Shown here: piece after piece, positions 29,358 to 38,388 of the stretch
Layout: each line of letters opens with the position of its first letter
How positions within the stretch are numbered: position 1 is the first letter of the stretch
Source of the DNA: Acidimicrobiia bacterium
GTDB lineage: Bacteria > Actinomycetota > Acidimicrobiia > Spongiisociales > ZC4RG35
DNA length: 64,000 bases
Direction: 5' to 3'
NCBI GenBank assembly: GCA_035253825.1
Contig: DATFBM010000012.1
Location: forward strand, 150,054 to 214,053
Position numbers and translations under genes: made by a program
Notes under the pieces: model-generated
What the model was told of the DNA's origin: nothing
What the model saw: only the letters and a program-made list of their open reading frames with translations
Databases searched by the model: none

Positions 29358-31592
29358 ATGGGTTGGGACCCGGAGCTTGTCCTCAAGCGGTGGGACGAAG
29401 AAGACGAGCTTTCGCATCGACGCACCATCCCGCCCCGTGAGGCCCGATTCGGCTCTGTCGACCTAGATCCGCTGCTCAAAACCCGGCTCGGCGAACGCGG
29501 GATAGAAAATCTCTACCTCCATCAAACCCGTGCGATTGACGCGATCAGAGCAGGGCGTCACACGATGCTGTCGCTTGGGACCGCCAGCGGCAAATCGCTG
29601 GCCTTTCAAATTCCAATCCTCGAACGGATCATCGCCCAGCCCAAATCGACGGCCCTCCTGATCTACCCCACCAAGGCCCTCGCTCAGGATCAGGCCCGGT
29701 CGATGCGTTCCTTCAAAGTCCCCCTCGCAGGTGTTGCCATCTACGACGGCGACACGCCTCCCGAGGAACGTCCCCAGATCCGACGCCGAACCAACATCGT
29801 CCTCACCAATCCCGACATGCTTCACCTCGGGATCCTTCCCTTCCACAGCGGCTGGTCGGATTTCTTCCACCGGCTGGCGTATGTCGTCATCGATGAAGTC
29901 CACCACCTCCGAGGAGTCTTCGGGACGCACGTGGCCTTCATCATTCGCCGGTTGCGGCGAATCTGTGAGCACTACGGTGCTTCGCCCACCCTGATCCTCG
30001 CCTCGGCCACGATCGGCAACGCCGCCGAGTTGGCCGAGCAGTTGACCGGGCTCGACGTTGAGGTCATCGAAGGCGACTACTCGCCCGCTGGCGAGCGCAG
30101 CTTCGCACTCTGGAATCCCGGGCTCATCGATCCCGAATTGGGTCTGCGCCGTTCGGCCCTGGGTGACGCCACCTATCTCTTCGCCGAGTTGGTCAAGGAG
30201 GGCGGCAAAGTGATCGCCTTCACCCGAGGACGCAAGAGCACCGAGCTCATGTACCGGTGGGCGGCCGGTCGCCTTCCTCCCGAGCTGGCTGCCGAGATCG
30301 CGCCTTATCGGGCGGGCTACACGCCCGCCCAACGGCGCCTGGTCGAGTCGCGGCTTTTCGGTGGGCAGCTGGCAGGCGTCATCGCCACCAACGCCCTCGA
30401 ATTGGGAATCGACGTCGGAGGGCTTGACGCGGCGGTTATCACCACGTTCCCGGGCACGATGGCCGCCTTCCGCCAGCAGGCGGGGAGGGCCGGTCGCAGC
30501 GGTCAGAGCTCCCTGGTGGTGTTGGTGGCGGGCGACGATGCCCTTGACCAATACCTAATGCGTCATCCTCAGGAGCTATTTGAGAGACCGTCGGAGGCTG
30601 TGGTAGTCAACCCCAGCAACCCTCTCCTGGCGGCCGCCCATCTGGCGTGCGCGGCATACGAAAAGCCACTTGAGCTCGACGATCGCCAGTTTCTCGGTCC
30701 CGCCACCGAGGAAGTCGCCAACAGCCTCGTCCAGAGCGAGCATTTGAAACTGAAGGACGGAAAACTGCACTGGGCGGTGCGACAGAAGCCCGCCCCTTCG
30801 ATCGATCTCCGCGCCAGCGGAGGTCCCCCCTACACCATTAGTGCCGGCGGCAAATTCCTCGGGACCCTCGACCAGGCGCGGGTCAACCGCGACGCTCACC
30901 CCGGGGCGATCTATCTACACCAGGGTGATTCCTTTCTGGTCCAGACCGTCGACCACCAGCTGCGCGAGGTCGGGGTGCGGCCGGCCACAGTCGACTACTA
31001 CACCCAGACCCGAACCGAGACCGACCTCGGAATCGTCGAGATGGAAATCAGGAACCAAATCGGGTCCCGGGGGGTCCACATCCACCTCGGAATGGTCGAT
31101 GTCGAGAATCAGGTGGTCGCCTATCAGAAGCGCCATCTCCGTACCCGCGAGGTCATGGAGACCGTCCCTCTCGACCTTCCCTCCTATCGGATGACGACCT
31201 CGGCGGTGTGGCTGACGATCCCCGACCCGCTTCTCGGAGCCCTCCGGGGCGACTTGCTGGGGTCCTTGCACGCGGCCGAGCACGCCGGGATCGCCATGCT
31301 GCCCTTGATGGCCGTCTGCGACCGCTGGGATCTCGGCGGGCTCTCGACCAACTGGCATCCCGATACCGGGAGCGCCACCATCTTCATCCACGAGGGCTAC
31401 CCCGGAGGAGCGGGAATCGCTCCTATCGCCTACGAGCGACGACAGAAGCACTGGCAGGCGACCAGGGATGCCATCGCCGAGTGCCCGTGTGTTTCGGGAT
31501 GTCCCTCCTGCGTGCAGTCGCCCAAGTGCGGCAACCTCAACGAGCCCCTATCGAAGAGCGGAGCGGTCGAACTCCTCGATGTCATCCTCTAA
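29358..31592 (+). CDS. DEAD/DEAH-box helicase with a C-terminal DUF1998 zinc module (MrfA/YprA-like)
   Basis: 744 aa. Motif I GTASGKSLAF, motif II VIDEVHHLRG, motif III SATIGN. C-terminal four-Cys cluster CPCVSGCPSCVQSPKCGN. Confidence 0.88.
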   Translation: MGWDPELVLKRWDEEDELSHRRTIPPREARFGSVDLDPLLKTRLGERGIENLYLHQTRAIDAIRAGRHTMLSLGTASGKSLAFQIPILERIIAQPKSTALLIYPTKALAQDQARSMRSFKVPLAGVAIYDGDTPPEERPQIRRRTNIVLTNPDMLHLGILPFHSGWSDFFHRLAYVVIDEVHHLRGVFGTHVAFIIRRLRRICEHYGASPTLILASATIGNAAELAEQLTGLDVEVIEGDYSPAGERSFALWNPGLIDPELGLRRSALGDATYLFAELVKEGGKVIAFTRGRKSTELMYRWAAGRLPPELAAEIAPYRAGYTPAQRRLVESRLFGGQLAGVIATNALELGIDVGGLDAAVITTFPGTMAAFRQQAGRAGRSGQSSLVVLVAGDDALDQYLMRHPQELFERPSEAVVVNPSNPLLAAAHLACAAYEKPLELDDRQFLGPATEEVANSLVQSEHLKLKDGKLHWAVRQKPAPSIDLRASGGPPYTISAGGKFLGTLDQARVNRDAHPGAIYLHQGDSFLVQTVDHQLREVGVRPATVDYYTQTRTETDLGIVEMEIRNQIGSRGVHIHLGMVDVENQVVAYQKRHLRTREVMETVPLDLPSYRMTTSAVWLTIPDPLLGALRGDLLGSLHAAEHAGIAMLPLMAVCDRWDLGGLSTNWHPDTGSATIFIHEGYPGGAGIAPIAYERRQKHWQATRDAIAECPCVSGCPSCVQSPKCGNLNEPLSKSGAVELLDVIL

Positions 31593-31625
31593 TCGCCACG
31601 AAGCCCGTCGAGAAGCCACAGATAG

Positions 31626-31781
31626 TCATCGGCTCCGATGATCGAGGTAGGAGGCCAGGGCGAGGACCACGTAGACGATCGCAAGCCCGATCGGCACGAA
31701 CCGAAATTCCCCATCGGTCAACGGAATCAGCGCTGCCACTAGAGCGGCGGCGAACAAGAAGAACAGGGCGCGGCGATCCAT
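31626..31781 (-). CDS. small membrane protein coupled to the PiT gene
   Basis: 51 aa, MDRRALFFLFAAALVAALIPLTDGEFRFVPIGLAIVYVVLALASYLDHRSR. It is the in-frame tail of shadow ORF 31626..32642. Its ATG overlaps the PiT stop by 1 nt (TGATG). Two hydrophobic helices. Confidence 0.4.
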   Translation of the reverse strand: MDRRALFFLFAAALVAALIPLTDGEFRFVPIGLAIVYVVLALASYLDHRSR

Positions 31782-32776
31782 CAGGACAGCGCGGCGATGA
31801 TGGCATAGGTCAGGCCGGCAATGATCCAGGCTCCGGGAATGGTCAGGATCCAGGCCCACACCACCCGCCCCGCGATTCCCCAGCGGACCGCCGACAGCCG
31901 CCTGCTGGCGCCGACCCCGACGATGGCGCCGGTAATGGTGTGGGTGGTCGATACCGGAATGCCGGCGAAGGAGGTGAAGAAGAGGGTGGCTGCCGCGGCA
32001 CTCTCGGCCGCCACCCCGCCGATCGGCTGCAATCGAGTGATTTTTGAGCCCATGGTCTTCACAATCCGCCAGCCGCCGGAGAGGGTGCCGAGGCCAATCG
32101 CGATATGGGCCGACAACACCACCCACAAGGGCACGTCGGAGCCTTCGGGCAGGTAACCGGCGCCGATGAGGACCGCCAGAATGACTCCCATCGTCTTTTG
32201 GGCGTCGTTGCCGCCGTGTCCGAGACTGAAGGCCGCCGCCGACACCAGCTGTGCTCGGCGAAAGAAGCGATTGATGAGATCGACCTTGGGATAGCCGGCC
32301 ACCGCCCATTGCAGCCCCACCATCAGGATCAGACCCAGGGCGAGGCCGACCAGAGGCGAGAGGACGATAAAGACCCCGATGGTGCGGATGCCATCGCCGA
32401 TCAGGACCGAGAAGCCGCTCTTGGCCACGGCGGCTCCGGCGATGCCGCCGATAAGGGCATGAGAGGAGCTGGACGGCAAACCAAAATAGAAGGTGATGAG
32501 GTTCCAGGCGACCGCGCCAATGAGCCCGGCGAATATGACCCCGATCGACAGTGCTCCGGGCTCGACGACCCCGGAAGCGATGGTCGCCGCGACGGCGGTC
32601 CCGAAGACCAGGAAGGCGACGAAGTTGAAGAATGCCGCCCAAGCCACCGCCAGACGGGGCGAGAGCACACGGGTGGAGACGACCGTGGCGATCGAGTTGG
32701 CGGCGTCATGAAAGCCGTTGACAAAGTCGAAGGCCAGAGCGATGCCAACCACCAGCACCACAGCGGCGAGTTCCAT
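31781..32776 (-). CDS. inorganic phosphate transporter, PiT family
   Basis: 331 aa. FVNGFHDAANSIATVV and GHGGNDAQKTMG signature repeats. Polytopic. Confidence 0.9.
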   Translation of the reverse strand: MELAAVVLVVGIALAFDFVNGFHDAANSIATVVSTRVLSPRLAVAWAAFFNFVAFLVFGTAVAATIASGVVEPGALSIGVIFAGLIGAVAWNLITFYFGLPSSSSHALIGGIAGAAVAKSGFSVLIGDGIRTIGVFIVLSPLVGLALGLILMVGLQWAVAGYPKVDLINRFFRRAQLVSAAAFSLGHGGNDAQKTMGVILAVLIGAGYLPEGSDVPLWVVLSAHIAIGLGTLSGGWRIVKTMGSKITRLQPIGGVAAESAAAATLFFTSFAGIPVSTTHTITGAIVGVGASRRLSAVRWGIAGRVVWAWILTIPGAWIIAGLTYAIIAALS

Positions 32777-32779
32777 CGA

Positions 32780-33394
32780 CTAGGCGTGCTTGAGGACGAT
32801 GCCCTCGAGAACGTCGGACACATCCTCGAGAGCGTCAAGGGCAGCCTCCATCGTCGATGCGAGATCTTTCCAGTAGTGCACATACCCCTTCGGCTTGAAC
32901 TCAGGCGAATAGATCCTCTGCAACGCCTGGCGGTAGACGAGGTCACCTTTGGTTTCCAACTCGTCGATGGCGTCGAAATGCGGTTGCAGACCCTTCAACG
33001 ATGCCAGCTTGGGCATCATCGCGGCTGTCTCCTCGGCCATCTGCACCAGTAGCTCGGATTGCAGCTCGAGCTCGGGCATGATCGAGAACTCGCGATCGCC
33101 GTAGTCGAGTCGATAGGCGACCTCGACCATGGCGTCGATCACATCGTCGAATTCCACGACCAAGGCATGGATGTCCTCTCGATCAATGGGGGTGACGAAC
33201 GAAGTGTTGAGGCGATGCATCACCGATTCCGTCACCTCGTCGGCTCTGGTCTCGCACGCAATCACGTCCTCCAGGCCACCGTTGCCGCCGCCTAGAAGCT
33301 TGGCGAGGCGGCGGCTGCACTCGGCAACGTTTCCAGCTGCTTCATCGAAAAGCTCGAAAAAACGCTCGTCGGTCGGTAGTAACCGGAACTTCAT
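32780..33394 (-). CDS. DUF47 (PhoU-like) phosphate-transport accessory protein
   Basis: I use the internal start MKFRLLPTDERFFELF at 33394. The DUF47 plus PiT pairing is typical. Confidence 0.8.
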   Translation of the reverse strand: MKFRLLPTDERFFELFDEAAGNVAECSRRLAKLLGGGNGGLEDVIACETRADEVTESVMHRLNTSFVTPIDREDIHALVVEFDDVIDAMVEVAYRLDYGDREFSIMPELELQSELLVQMAEETAAMMPKLASLKGLQPHFDAIDELETKGDLVYRQALQRIYSPEFKPKGYVHYWKDLASTMEAALDALEDVSDVLEGIVLKHA

Positions 33395-33515
33395 CACCGG
33401 GGAACGTAGACGCGCTGGGGCCTCCATGCACATCGGCCCCGTTCCTGTTGAACCACACAGCCAGGGCAAGCATCGGCTCGATTGCCCGGTGATACCGCCG
33501 GTAGGCTCCCTCCAA

Positions 33516-35435
33516 ATGTCTGATCATGTCGGCGTCGCTTCAGAGCTGGCCGCCGCTGAGCAGGCGTTGGAAGACCACGATTGGCAACGGGCCTTCGACC
33601 TTCTCCGCCAGGTGGGGTTGCGAGACCTCGATGCCCGGCGCCTGACGATGGTGGCTGAAGCAGCGTGGTGGCTGGGGCGAATCGATGACGCCATCGATGC
33701 TGGCCAACGTGCTTATCGCTTACTGATTAATGCCGGCGCGGTGGAGGAAGCGGCGCTTGTAGCCATCCGGCTGGCCGAGGATCACATCCACAAGCTCGAG
33801 CCGAGCTTGGGTCGGGGCTGGCTCCAGACCGCCGTCCGCCTGCTCGGAGACCAGGCCCCATCCCTCGCCCAGGCTCAGGTCCGCCGTTTTCAAGCGATGT
33901 TTGCGCTCGAGTCAGAAAACGACCTGGACCGTGCACTTGCTTTGGCGGAGGAGTCGCTGCAGTTGGCCGAAACCTTCAACGACAAGGATCTGCGTTACCT
34001 CGCAATTCAGGACAAGGGCCGAATCCTGATAGCCAAGGGCGACACTGCCGCTGGTCTGGCCTTGATGGAGGAAGCGATGCTTCCCGCTATCAGCGGTGAG
34101 CTGAGCGCATCGGTGACTGGGCGTATCTACTGCAACATGGTCGATACCTGCGAGCGACTGGGAGAGTATCGGCGGGCTTTCGAGTGGGACGACGCCGCCA
34201 GGCGGTGGTGCGAACAGTTCGGCAACATCACCGGATTCCCGGGCATCTGCCGAGTCAAGCGGGCCGAAATCCGCCGCTACCGCGGCGAGTTGGAGGTAGC
34301 TGCGGCCGAGGCTGAGCACGCGGCAGACGAACTCGCCGAATACCGATACTTCGTCGCGCAGGCCTATGCCGAACTCGGCGAGATCAGGCGCCGGCGGGGC
34401 GAATGGGAGGCTGCAGAGGAAGCCTTTGCACGTGCCATGGGCCTAGGGGCCCTCCCCCTCCCGGGGCTGGCCCTCCTCCGGCTCGATCAGGGTGATACGG
34501 CCGCCGCCGGCGACATGCTGGAGGAAGCGCTGACGGGAGCAACGTTGATTCTTGATCGGGCCCGTTTGCTTCCAGCGGTGGTTGAGAGCCGCCTGCGCCT
34601 TGGACACGTCAATGGGGCACGGGAAGCTGCCGAGGAGCTGGCCGAGGTGTCTTCCCGCTTCTCTTCTCCTGTTTGGAGCGCGGCCGCCAACACCGCGGCA
34701 GGGAAAGTAGCACTGGCCGCCGGCGAGACCGAGAAGGCGGTGGACGCGCTCCGCGCTGCTTTGAAGGCCTGGTCGGAGGCAGAGATGCCTGTAGAGGCGG
34801 GCCTCACCCGCCTTGCCCTAGCAGAGAGTTACCAACAAGCGGGCAAAGAGGACCGGGCGCGCTTGGAACGACGGGCTGGAGAGGCCGTACTCGAACGACT
34901 GGGGGCAGACGGAGGTTTGGGCAGACGTCGCCGATCGGCTTCCAAAGTGGCAGCCATGATGTTCACCGACATCGTGGGCTCCACGCAGCTGCTCGAGGCC
35001 ATGGGCGACCAGGCTTGGACTCGAGTGCTGGCGTGGCACGACGCCATGGTTCGTAATTGTCTACTCGAGCACGGGGGGAGCGAGCTCAACCACACTGGAG
35101 ACGGCTTCTTCGCCAGCTTCGGCGACGTCGATTCAGCTGTCACCGCCGCCATCGAAATCCAGCGGCGGCTAGAAGAGCGGCGGCTGGAGAGCTTCGCCCC
35201 GGAGGTGCGCATCGGCATCCACGCCGCGGAGGTACTGGAGGAGGCCGGATCGCTTCGAGGCAAGGGCGTCCACATCGCCGCCCGGATAGGCGCCTTGGCA
35301 GGTCCGGGGGAAATCCTCGTCAGCGGTAGCATGGCCCGCCTTCTGGGAGGCAGCCGGCGAGTGGGTCCCGCCCGCACCGTCGAATTGAAGGGCCTTATCG
35401 AACCTGTCGAGGTGCTGTCGATCCCCTGGAACTGA
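33516..35435 (+). CDS. TPR-repeat protein with a C-terminal class III adenylate/guanylate cyclase domain
   Basis: I use the start MSDHVGVAS at 33516; the ORF-track start at 33129 overlaps the opposite-strand DUF47 gene. The N-terminal ~460 aa are helical and TPR-like. The C-terminus has AAMMFTDIVGSTQLLE, HTGDGFFASF and RIGIHAAEV cyclase motifs. Confidence 0.8.
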   Translation: MSDHVGVASELAAAEQALEDHDWQRAFDLLRQVGLRDLDARRLTMVAEAAWWLGRIDDAIDAGQRAYRLLINAGAVEEAALVAIRLAEDHIHKLEPSLGRGWLQTAVRLLGDQAPSLAQAQVRRFQAMFALESENDLDRALALAEESLQLAETFNDKDLRYLAIQDKGRILIAKGDTAAGLALMEEAMLPAISGELSASVTGRIYCNMVDTCERLGEYRRAFEWDDAARRWCEQFGNITGFPGICRVKRAEIRRYRGELEVAAAEAEHAADELAEYRYFVAQAYAELGEIRRRRGEWEAAEEAFARAMGLGALPLPGLALLRLDQGDTAAAGDMLEEALTGATLILDRARLLPAVVESRLRLGHVNGAREAAEELAEVSSRFSSPVWSAAANTAAGKVALAAGETEKAVDALRAALKAWSEAEMPVEAGLTRLALAESYQQAGKEDRARLERRAGEAVLERLGADGGLGRRRRSASKVAAMMFTDIVGSTQLLEAMGDQAWTRVLAWHDAMVRNCLLEHGGSELNHTGDGFFASFGDVDSAVTAAIEIQRRLEERRLESFAPEVRIGIHAAEVLEEAGSLRGKGVHIAARIGALAGPGEILVSGSMARLLGGSRRVGPARTVELKGLIEPVEVLSIPWN

Positions 35436-35486
35436 TCCCGCCAACAGGCCGCGGCTGTCTCGAGCCACAGCCAGTAGCTTCTTGGC

Positions 35487-37259
35487 ATGGCCGCGACGAT
35501 GCACATCGATTGGGATGTGGCGATCGAAATGGACGACGGCCAGGTCCTCCGAGCGGACGTCTACCGCCCCGCTACCGATGCCTCCTATCCGGTCATCCTC
35601 TCCTATGGGCCTTACGCCAAGGGCCTGGCCTTCCAAGAGGGCTACCCCGACCAATGGCGGATCATGACCACCCAGCATCCCGACGTCGAGGCGGGGTCGA
35701 GCAACCGCTTCCAGAACTGGGAGGTGGTCGATCCCGAGAAGTGGGTACCCGACGGGTACGCCGTGGTGAGAGTCGACTCGCGAGGCTGCGGCCGGTCGCC
35801 CGGCTACATAGACGTATTTTCTCCCCGGGAAACCGAAGACCTGGTGGCCTGCATCGAGTGGGCCGGACTCCAACCCTGGAGCACGGGGAAAGTGGGTTTG
35901 AACGGGATCTCGTACTACGCCATCAACCAATGGCACGCCGCTTCCCGGCAACCCGATCATCTGGCGGCCATGTGCGTGTGGGAGGGCGCTGCCGACTGCT
36001 ATCGAGACATGACGCACCACGGTGGCATCCTGTCCACGTTCTGGGCCAACTGGTACGACATGCAGGTGAAGACGGTCCAGCACGGCCTGGGTGATCGGGG
36101 CGCGGTGAGTCGAGTGACTGGAGCCGCCGTCACCGGCGACATCAACCTCACCGACGACGAGCTGGAGCGCAACCGTTCCGATCTCGGCGCCGATGTTCGG
36201 GATCATTCCCTCGACGACTCGTTCCACCGTGACCGATCGCCGCAGTGGTCGAAGATCGACGTGCCTCTCCTCACCGCCGGAAACTGGGGAGGCCAGGGCT
36301 TGCATCTCCGCGGCAACGTCGAGGGATTCGTACGTGCGGCCACGTCGCAGAAGTGGCTCGAGCTCCATGGTCTCGAGCACTGGACCCACTTCTACACCGA
36401 CTATGGGGTCGGGCTGCAGAAGCGGTTCTTCGCCCGATTCCTCAAGGACGAAGACAACGGCTGGGACGCAGAACCCCCGGTCCGGCTCCAGGTCCGACAT
36501 CTCGATCGCTTCGAGGAACGGATGGGAGAGGGCTGGCCGCTTCCGGAGACGTCATGGACGACGATGTTTCTCGACGCCGGCAACATGACCCTTTCTCAGC
36601 AGACCGCGGTAACAGGCAGAGAGGTGCGCTACGACGCCACCGGCGAGGGCGCCACCTTCTTACTCGACCCGTTCCAGTCGGAGACGGAGATCACCGGGCC
36701 TATCTCCCTAAAGCTGTTCGCTTCCTCGGAGACATCCGATGCCGACATATTTGCGGTGTTGAGGATCTTCGACCCCCAGGGTGGAGAGGTCACATTTCAA
36801 GGTGCCATTGACCCGCACACACCGGTGGCTCAGGGTTGGCTTCGGGCATCGCATCGACGCCTCGATGAGGAGTTGTCCCTCCCTTACCGCCCCTATCACA
36901 CCCACGACCGGGCCGAGCCGCTCACTCCCGGCGAGATATACGAGCTCGACGTCGAGATCTGGCCGACCTCGATCGTCGCTCCCCCCGGCTACCGGCTGGG
37001 CCTCTCAATCCGAGGCAACGACTACAAGTACGAAGGAGATCTTGGCCAGGCATCGCTGACCACCTTCAAGAACCAGCTGACAGGATGTGGGCCCTTTCTT
37101 CACGACGACCCTCTCGACCGACCTCCGGAGGTTTTCGGCAAGGGGGTGACGATCCACACCGGCCCCGATCACAAGTCGGCGCTATTGGTGCCGGTGATCC
37201 CCTCGGCCCCGCTATCCGGCGGGAGGTCCGGTCGAGGACCTGATGGCGATGGTCGGTGA
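35487..37259 (+). CDS. CocE/NonD-family (S15) serine hydrolase, copy 1
   Basis: 590 aa. YPVILSYGPYAKG, VRVDSRGCGRSPG, nucleophile LNGISYYA, and a C-terminal beta-sandwich region. Paralog of 47921..49681. Confidence 0.85.
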   Translation: MAATMHIDWDVAIEMDDGQVLRADVYRPATDASYPVILSYGPYAKGLAFQEGYPDQWRIMTTQHPDVEAGSSNRFQNWEVVDPEKWVPDGYAVVRVDSRGCGRSPGYIDVFSPRETEDLVACIEWAGLQPWSTGKVGLNGISYYAINQWHAASRQPDHLAAMCVWEGAADCYRDMTHHGGILSTFWANWYDMQVKTVQHGLGDRGAVSRVTGAAVTGDINLTDDELERNRSDLGADVRDHSLDDSFHRDRSPQWSKIDVPLLTAGNWGGQGLHLRGNVEGFVRAATSQKWLELHGLEHWTHFYTDYGVGLQKRFFARFLKDEDNGWDAEPPVRLQVRHLDRFEERMGEGWPLPETSWTTMFLDAGNMTLSQQTAVTGREVRYDATGEGATFLLDPFQSETEITGPISLKLFASSETSDADIFAVLRIFDPQGGEVTFQGAIDPHTPVAQGWLRASHRRLDEELSLPYRPYHTHDRAEPLTPGEIYELDVEIWPTSIVAPPGYRLGLSIRGNDYKYEGDLGQASLTTFKNQLTGCGPFLHDDPLDRPPEVFGKGVTIHTGPDHKSALLVPVIPSAPLSGGRSGRGPDGDGR

Positions 37260-38237
37260 GAGCAGCACGCGACCTGGGGCAACGTCCTCACCGGCAATTA
37301 GCGCAAGCAGCGTGCTGGCAGCATCGGCGCCCATCCGGCGATAAGGAACGCGAACTGCGGTCATGGAGGGCTGCATGAGATCGAGCAGGGGCATGTCGTT
37401 GTAGCCGGTTATCGAAACATCAACGCCGATGACCTTGCCGAGGGACCTCACCGCCCGGTAGCACCCCAGCCCCAACAAGTCGTTGGCGGCGACGATCGCC
37501 GTGAGGTCGGGGTGACGGCTGAGTAGGGCCAGGGCCGCCGTCATCCCCGGCTCCACCTGATACCACTCGGCCTCCTCGACCAAATCGCGTTCGGCCTCGA
37601 GACCCACGGTCGACATCCAGTCGAGGAAAGCATCCCGTCTTCCGCGACCAGTCGAAACCCATTCCGGCCCGGCCACATGACCGATGCGCTCGTGTCCCAA
37701 TTCCCGCAGATGCCTCACCGCCAGACCGATCCCGGCGTGGTCGTCACCGACGATCGCCGGGATGGAGTCGTCGTCGACCGAGCGGTTGACGAGGACCATC
37801 GACACGTCTCGCTGCGCTTGTCTGGCGGTCTCGGAAACAATTCGACCAGGAGTGGCGAGAATCAGGCCGTCGACATGACGCTCCAGCATGTCCTCCACCA
37901 GGCTGTCAGCATGATCTGGCCCCCGGTCGGCATTTCCGATGAGCACCGAATAGCCCTCCTCGACCAGCACCGACTCGACTCCGGCGATGATCGGCCCAAA
38001 GAGGGGGTTCTCGACGTCAGGGATGATCACTCCCACCGACATGGTGCGGTTGGTCCGTAGACCCCGCGCCAGAGGGTGGGGCCGGTAGCCCAGCTTGCGA
38101 GCAGCCTCGGCGACCCTCTCCACCGTCACCGGGTGGACGATGAAAGCGGTGCTCGGGTTCAGAGCCCGCGATGCTGTCGAGATGTGGACCCCCGCCTCGC
38201 GGGCCACGTCTTTCAATGTGGATCGGATCGACGACAC
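37212..38237 (-). CDS. LacI-family transcriptional regulator
   Basis: 341 aa. N-terminal HTH LKDVAREAGVHISTASRALN and a periplasmic-binding-protein-like effector domain. Confidence 0.9.
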   Translation of the reverse strand: MSSIRSTLKDVAREAGVHISTASRALNPSTAFIVHPVTVERVAEAARKLGYRPHPLARGLRTNRTMSVGVIIPDVENPLFGPIIAGVESVLVEEGYSVLIGNADRGPDHADSLVEDMLERHVDGLILATPGRIVSETARQAQRDVSMVLVNRSVDDDSIPAIVGDDHAGIGLAVRHLRELGHERIGHVAGPEWVSTGRGRRDAFLDWMSTVGLEAERDLVEEAEWYQVEPGMTAALALLSRHPDLTAIVAANDLLGLGCYRAVRSLGKVIGVDVSITGYNDMPLLDLMQPSMTAVRVPYRRMGADAASTLLALIAGEDVAPGRVLLSPTIAIRSSTGPPAG

Positions 38238-38335
38238 GTTGGTCTCGAGGCTATTCGTTGCTCAGCTGCCGGGGCGAGCTCTGCGGCCGACAGGTACCGG
38301 GGGCTGTTTGCGCTGCCCAGCCAAAGATCCGATAC

Positions 38336-38349
38336 TACAAACGATTGCG
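38336..38349. promoter_or_regulatory. candidate LacI-type operator S1 (TACAAACGATTGCG)
   Basis: Pseudo-palindrome centred on CG, in the divergent lacI/dehydrogenase intergenic region. It shares the exact 10-mer CAAACGATTG with S4. Confidence 0.45.
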
Positions 38350-38388
38350 GAGCGATCAGAACCGGTGACCGCCAGCGCGAGGGGAGAC

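Noticed and set aside
29358-31592. DUF1998 helicase as part of a DISARM, Druantia or Dpd-type defence system
   Set aside because: Here the helicase and DUF1998 are fused in the MrfA/YprA housekeeping architecture. No methyltransferase, PLD nuclease or other defence partners are adjacent. An equivalent helicase lies near topA in mycobacteria, which argues for a core repair function.
31626-32642. 338-aa minus-strand ORF overlapping the PiT gene out of frame
   Set aside because: The PiT frame (31781..32776) carries the transporter signatures. Only the last 51 codons, downstream of the PiT stop, are kept as a possible small ORF.
33441-33453. GTTCCTGTTGAAC upstream of the DUF47-PiT genes as a PHO box
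   Set aside because: There are only 4-bp inverted arms and a single GTTCA-like unit. Actinobacterial PhoP sites are direct repeats of 11-nt units, which I do not see.
33129-33515. N-terminal extensions proposed by the longest-ORF track
   Set aside because: This extension of the cyclase ORF overlaps the opposite-strand DUF47 gene and translates to low-complexity sequence. Internal starts with good context give canonical N-termini. The same reasoning applies to 38095..38388, 43507..43638, 45682..45765, 47876..47920 and 19374..19487.
35169-36500. 443-aa minus-strand ORF
   Set aside because: It is antisense to the cyclase 3' end and CocE/NonD copy 1, with no motifs. The same applies to 41264..42523, 47861..48700, 59414..60640, 61116..62051 and 61973..62728, which lie opposite well-supported genes.
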